A DNA stretch of 63,206 nt, filler included, from Stramenopiles sp. TOSAG23-6 (taxonomy: Eukaryota): NCBI GenBank assembly GCA_900128565.1. It is 9 parts of 9 records of this genome, joined end to end, with 100 filler letters (N's around TTAATTAATTAA, not from the genome) between each part and the next. Parts side by side here need not be neighbours in the genome. Positions count along the whole stretch, not along the records: positions 60,331 to 61,718 come from LT639126.1; positions 61,819 to 63,206 come from LT639127.1; 7 more parts are not named here. One strand, given 5' to 3'. Position numbers and translations under genes: made by a program. This document shows positions 60,341 through 63,206 of this stretch, one piece after another. How positions within the stretch are numbered: position 1 is the stretch's first letter; each line of letters opens with the position of its first letter. The notes beneath the pieces are model-generated. The model was given only the letters and a program-made list of their open reading frames with translations, searched no databases and was not told where the DNA came from.

Positions 60341-61102
60341 TTATTTGAATCTATTGCTATATTTCAAACTATAAAGTTTGCTAGTAAGTCTTTGTGTTAA
60401 GTCTGCCTCATTTTTCAGAAGATCTTCAAAAAAACCACTACTTCTACATACAGTCAGGAGTAATGGAATATAATTACTAATTTTTCTTGCACTAGTAGTA
60501 GGTGATACATGTCCAATTGTACTTATAATATTGTTCTCTTCAAAGAAATCTTCGATAATTTTTACTTGATTCTCAGTCCATCTTTCATATGGCCCTCTTT
60601 TTAGTGTTTTTGGTGTTTTATTATCTGTACCTACTGCCCTTTTCCTTTTTACCTTTTGAAATAATCCATCAGTTTGGGATGGGAGAGCTTCATTCAACAA
60701 TGTGGCAATCACTGGAGGAGGTCTAGTTGGAATTGGAGGAGTCATAAGAAAAGCAGGTGTATCATCTGGTGGAGACACAGTAGAACCATTTCCGTCTACC
60801 CTGTGAGGATTGAATACATCAAAACTCCACAATGATTTTAAATGCTCATANGGATTAAAATCATCAAAATTCAACAATGTTTTTAAAGGACCATTGATAT
60901 ATTCAGAGTCTTTCGGCGGTACAGCAGAAGGCGCAGGATTACGAATAGCATCTAGGAGTTCCTTCCGATATCGTTCTTCTCCGTCTTTTTCAAATAGTTC
61001 GATATTGAAATATATTTCGAAAGGGTCAGCGGACATATCCGGCGCGTATCCCAATTTATTACATACGCATGTAGTAATTGTGAATAAATAAAAAAACTTC
61101 AT
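60341..61102 (-). CDS. Hypothetical protein with possible helix-turn-helix C-terminal domain
   Basis: 253-aa ORF; KRGPYERWTENQVKIIEDFF. Confidence 0.5.
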   Translation of the reverse strand: MKFFYLFTITTCVCNKLGYAPDMSADPFEIYFNIELFEKDGEERYRKELLDAIRNPAPSAVPPKDSEYINGPLKTLLNFDDFNXYEHLKSLWSFDVFNPHRVDGNGSTVSPPDDTPAFLMTPPIPTRPPPVIATLLNEALPSQTDGLFQKVKRKRAVGTDNKTPKTLKRGPYERWTENQVKIIEDFFEENNIISTIGHVSPTTSARKISNYIPLLLTVCRSSGFFEDLLKNEADLTQRLTSKLYSLKYSNRFK

Positions 61103-61914
61103 CGGCAGATTGTTTTACAAGCTTGCGATGGGTAGAGGTAGTACCTGATACACCGTACCCCGCTGAATTCACCGACGTCGATCGACCGCGGCACGTGTCG
61201 CTGTTTTAAAAAGTTTATTGATTTTTCAGCATTTCGTGCATGCATATATATATATACATGCATAATTTGGATTTGATTTCGGCCAGCGTCCAACGCCAGC
61301 AAAATTTCAAAATTTAAACAAAATAAATGACAAAACAATGCACATTCATCCAAAGCCACCAAAAAACACTGTATGCACGCGCAAGCATTTAAATGATAAG
61401 AGCATATATCTTTTTATTTTGTGGAGCGTTTTCTTTTTGAAAATTCCAAATTTAGTTTTTGTGAAGAGCAGATATACATATGAATGATTTATAAAAACAT
61501 ATTTATAGACGTTTTCTTTCACATATCAATTGTATGCTCTCTTTAAGTCAACTTAAATTGAGCTCAATTTCACATTTTTTTCAATTTCAGTCGCGAAGAT
61601 CTTTTCTAGTAAGTAACTGTTACAAATAGTACGAATGACCTGAAACGGGCGATCAAAAAACACGAAAAAAAACAAAAAATATAAAATAATATTTATTTGA
61701 ATCTATTGCTAGATTTCANNNNNNNNNNNNNNNNNNNNNNNNNNNNNNNNNNNNNNNNNNNNTTAATTAATTAANNNNNNNNNNNNNNNNNNNNNNNNNN
61801 NNNNNNNNNNNNNNNNNNTTCAAAAAAAAATTTGAAAATTTGTTAGGTACAAAATTTCGTACGAAAAAAAAAATTAAATTCGATTTTTTTGTAAAAAAAA
61901 AAAATATAACATAT

Positions 61915-63024
61915 ATTTGTAACATTTGGAGTTTTTGTTCCACAAGAGAAGCCTTCAAAACATATAATATTTGAATGTGTTTGATGGACAGAATGAATTG
62001 TGAAGAAATATTTTTTGAATTTTTGAAAAAAAAATGTGTTAGGTGAAGAATTATCAACTGAAAATTTTTTTGTGAAAAAATTTTTGAAAAAAAAAATTAA
62101 AAAAAAAAAAATTTTTGAAAAAAAAATTAAAAGAAACAAACATACATAAATAATTGAACCTGAATTATCAATCAAAACACCAACAATATTTTCATCATTC
62201 TTTCCTCCAATTTGATGCACAAATTCTGGGATACCATTTGAAGTTCGTATAGTTACAATATCTGTCTGCCCACATGAATGATTAAATGCACAAATGGCCA
62301 TTGATCCTTCTGTGGTTCATATTTTGTGAAAAATATTTTTTTTGGATTAGGTACAAAATTTCCTATGAAAAAAAAAATTGAAAAAAAAAAAAAAAAAAAA
62401 AAAATTTTTGGTAAAAAAATAAAATATACCATGTATATACAAATCACCAGAGTGTTTGTTCATTGTTACACCATAACCACGATCATTTGCAGTAGATCCA
62501 AATCGTAAAATATTTATATCACCACGAACAGTTTTGTCGGGGACTTTTGTAGATGACGTCATACTTTCCGCAAGCCCTAACCCTACATCCATTGATATAA
62601 TTAAAATATCTTCATTACCACATGTAAATGAAGGAGGACAAGCACCTTGACGTATCATATCACTTGAATGTCCTGTCGGCCAATCTGTGGTAGTCAGATT
62701 TCGTGTATTTTTTTTTTGACTATTTTTTATATTTTTTATATTTTTTACATTTTTTGTATTTTTTACATTTTTTGTATTTTTTAGTTTTCGTGTTGATTTA
62801 TTTGCTGTTGTTGGTGATGTTGTGTATCCTGAAATAAACAGTTTTGTTCCATTCAGTAATATAGATTCTACACCATCATTATTTGATGCACCCAACTGAC
62901 GAATCCAATCAATCACGATTTCTGTCAAACCACCCGATTTTTCAATTAACATGACACGTGTCAAAAAAATATCAGAATCATTATATGGAATTGTACCTGA
63001 ATTTAATTTTGTTTTACCACCACA
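61915..63024 (-). CDS. Beta-propeller (SBBP-like) repeat protein fragment
   Basis: WIRQLGASNND..LFISGYTTS, FGSTANDRGYGV..LYIHGTT, QIGGKNDE..DNSGSIIY. Confidence 0.65.
61993..62145 (-). mobile_element. Introner-like intron GT..AT (153 nt)
   Basis: GTATGTTT..CACCTAAC..CACAATTCAT. Confidence 0.75.
62319..62429 (-). mobile_element. Introner-like intron GT..AT (111 nt)
   Basis: The GT..AT register gives LYIHGTTEG; the 2-nt-shifted register gives a stop. Confidence 0.82.
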
Positions 63025-63150
63025 TACACTATGAAATAATATATTTTTATTTTTAGAATGTTTAGAATGTTTAGAATTTTAGAATTTTAAAAATTTTTAG
63101 AATGTTTAAAATTTTAAAATTTTGTTTAAGATTTGATTTAAAAAAAAATG

Positions 63151-63181
<31 letters not shown>

Positions 63182-63206
63182 AACAAAATTTTTTTTTTTT
63201 TTTTTT

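Noticed and set aside
11414-61818. Repeated TTAATTAATTAA motif
   Set aside because: Always centred in 100-nt N spacers, so it is an artificial six-frame-stop linker. Gene adjacency across it is meaningless.

Overview
AT-rich, gene-dense eukaryotic (protist) DNA. It is possibly from a heterotrophic stramenopile single-cell or metagenome assembly, but the taxon is inference only. The window is nine unrelated contigs joined by artificial 100-nt N-TTAATTAATTAA-N spacers, and one contig (34459-45804) is a perfect palindrome that is almost certainly an artefact. Recognisable genes include a tandem-domain UxaA/GarD dehydratase, a GDP-sugar transporter, a METTL7-like methyltransferase, ATG4, a divergent GNPDA, RAD52, a syntaxin-16-like SNARE, eIF3b, an eIF5A with an extra N-terminal domain, an EF-hand protein, RPL35A, ATP sulfurylase and mitochondrial EF-G2. 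The main result is a family of sequence-related, mostly 90-160 nt insertions: 30 complete non-redundant copies by manual count, plus several truncated at contig ends. They interrupt ORFs in the sense orientation and behave as introns, yet mostly do not end in AG. The consensus is GTAYGTTTT..T-rich..TTCGA..TTTCGTACGAAATTTTGTACCTAAC..T-rich..GAAATATTTTTC(C/A)(A/C)AATAC-NN. By my count the 3' ends are AT (22), AG (3), TT (2), GT (2) and AA (1), and the donors are GT (27), GA (2) and GC (1). Short terminal inverted repeats and frequent 2-nt flanking duplications suggest an Introner-like transposon origin with a non-canonical 3' splice-site rule. Ordinary GT-AG introns coexist with them. Splicing is inferred from reading-frame and protein-motif restoration only; there are no RNA data.
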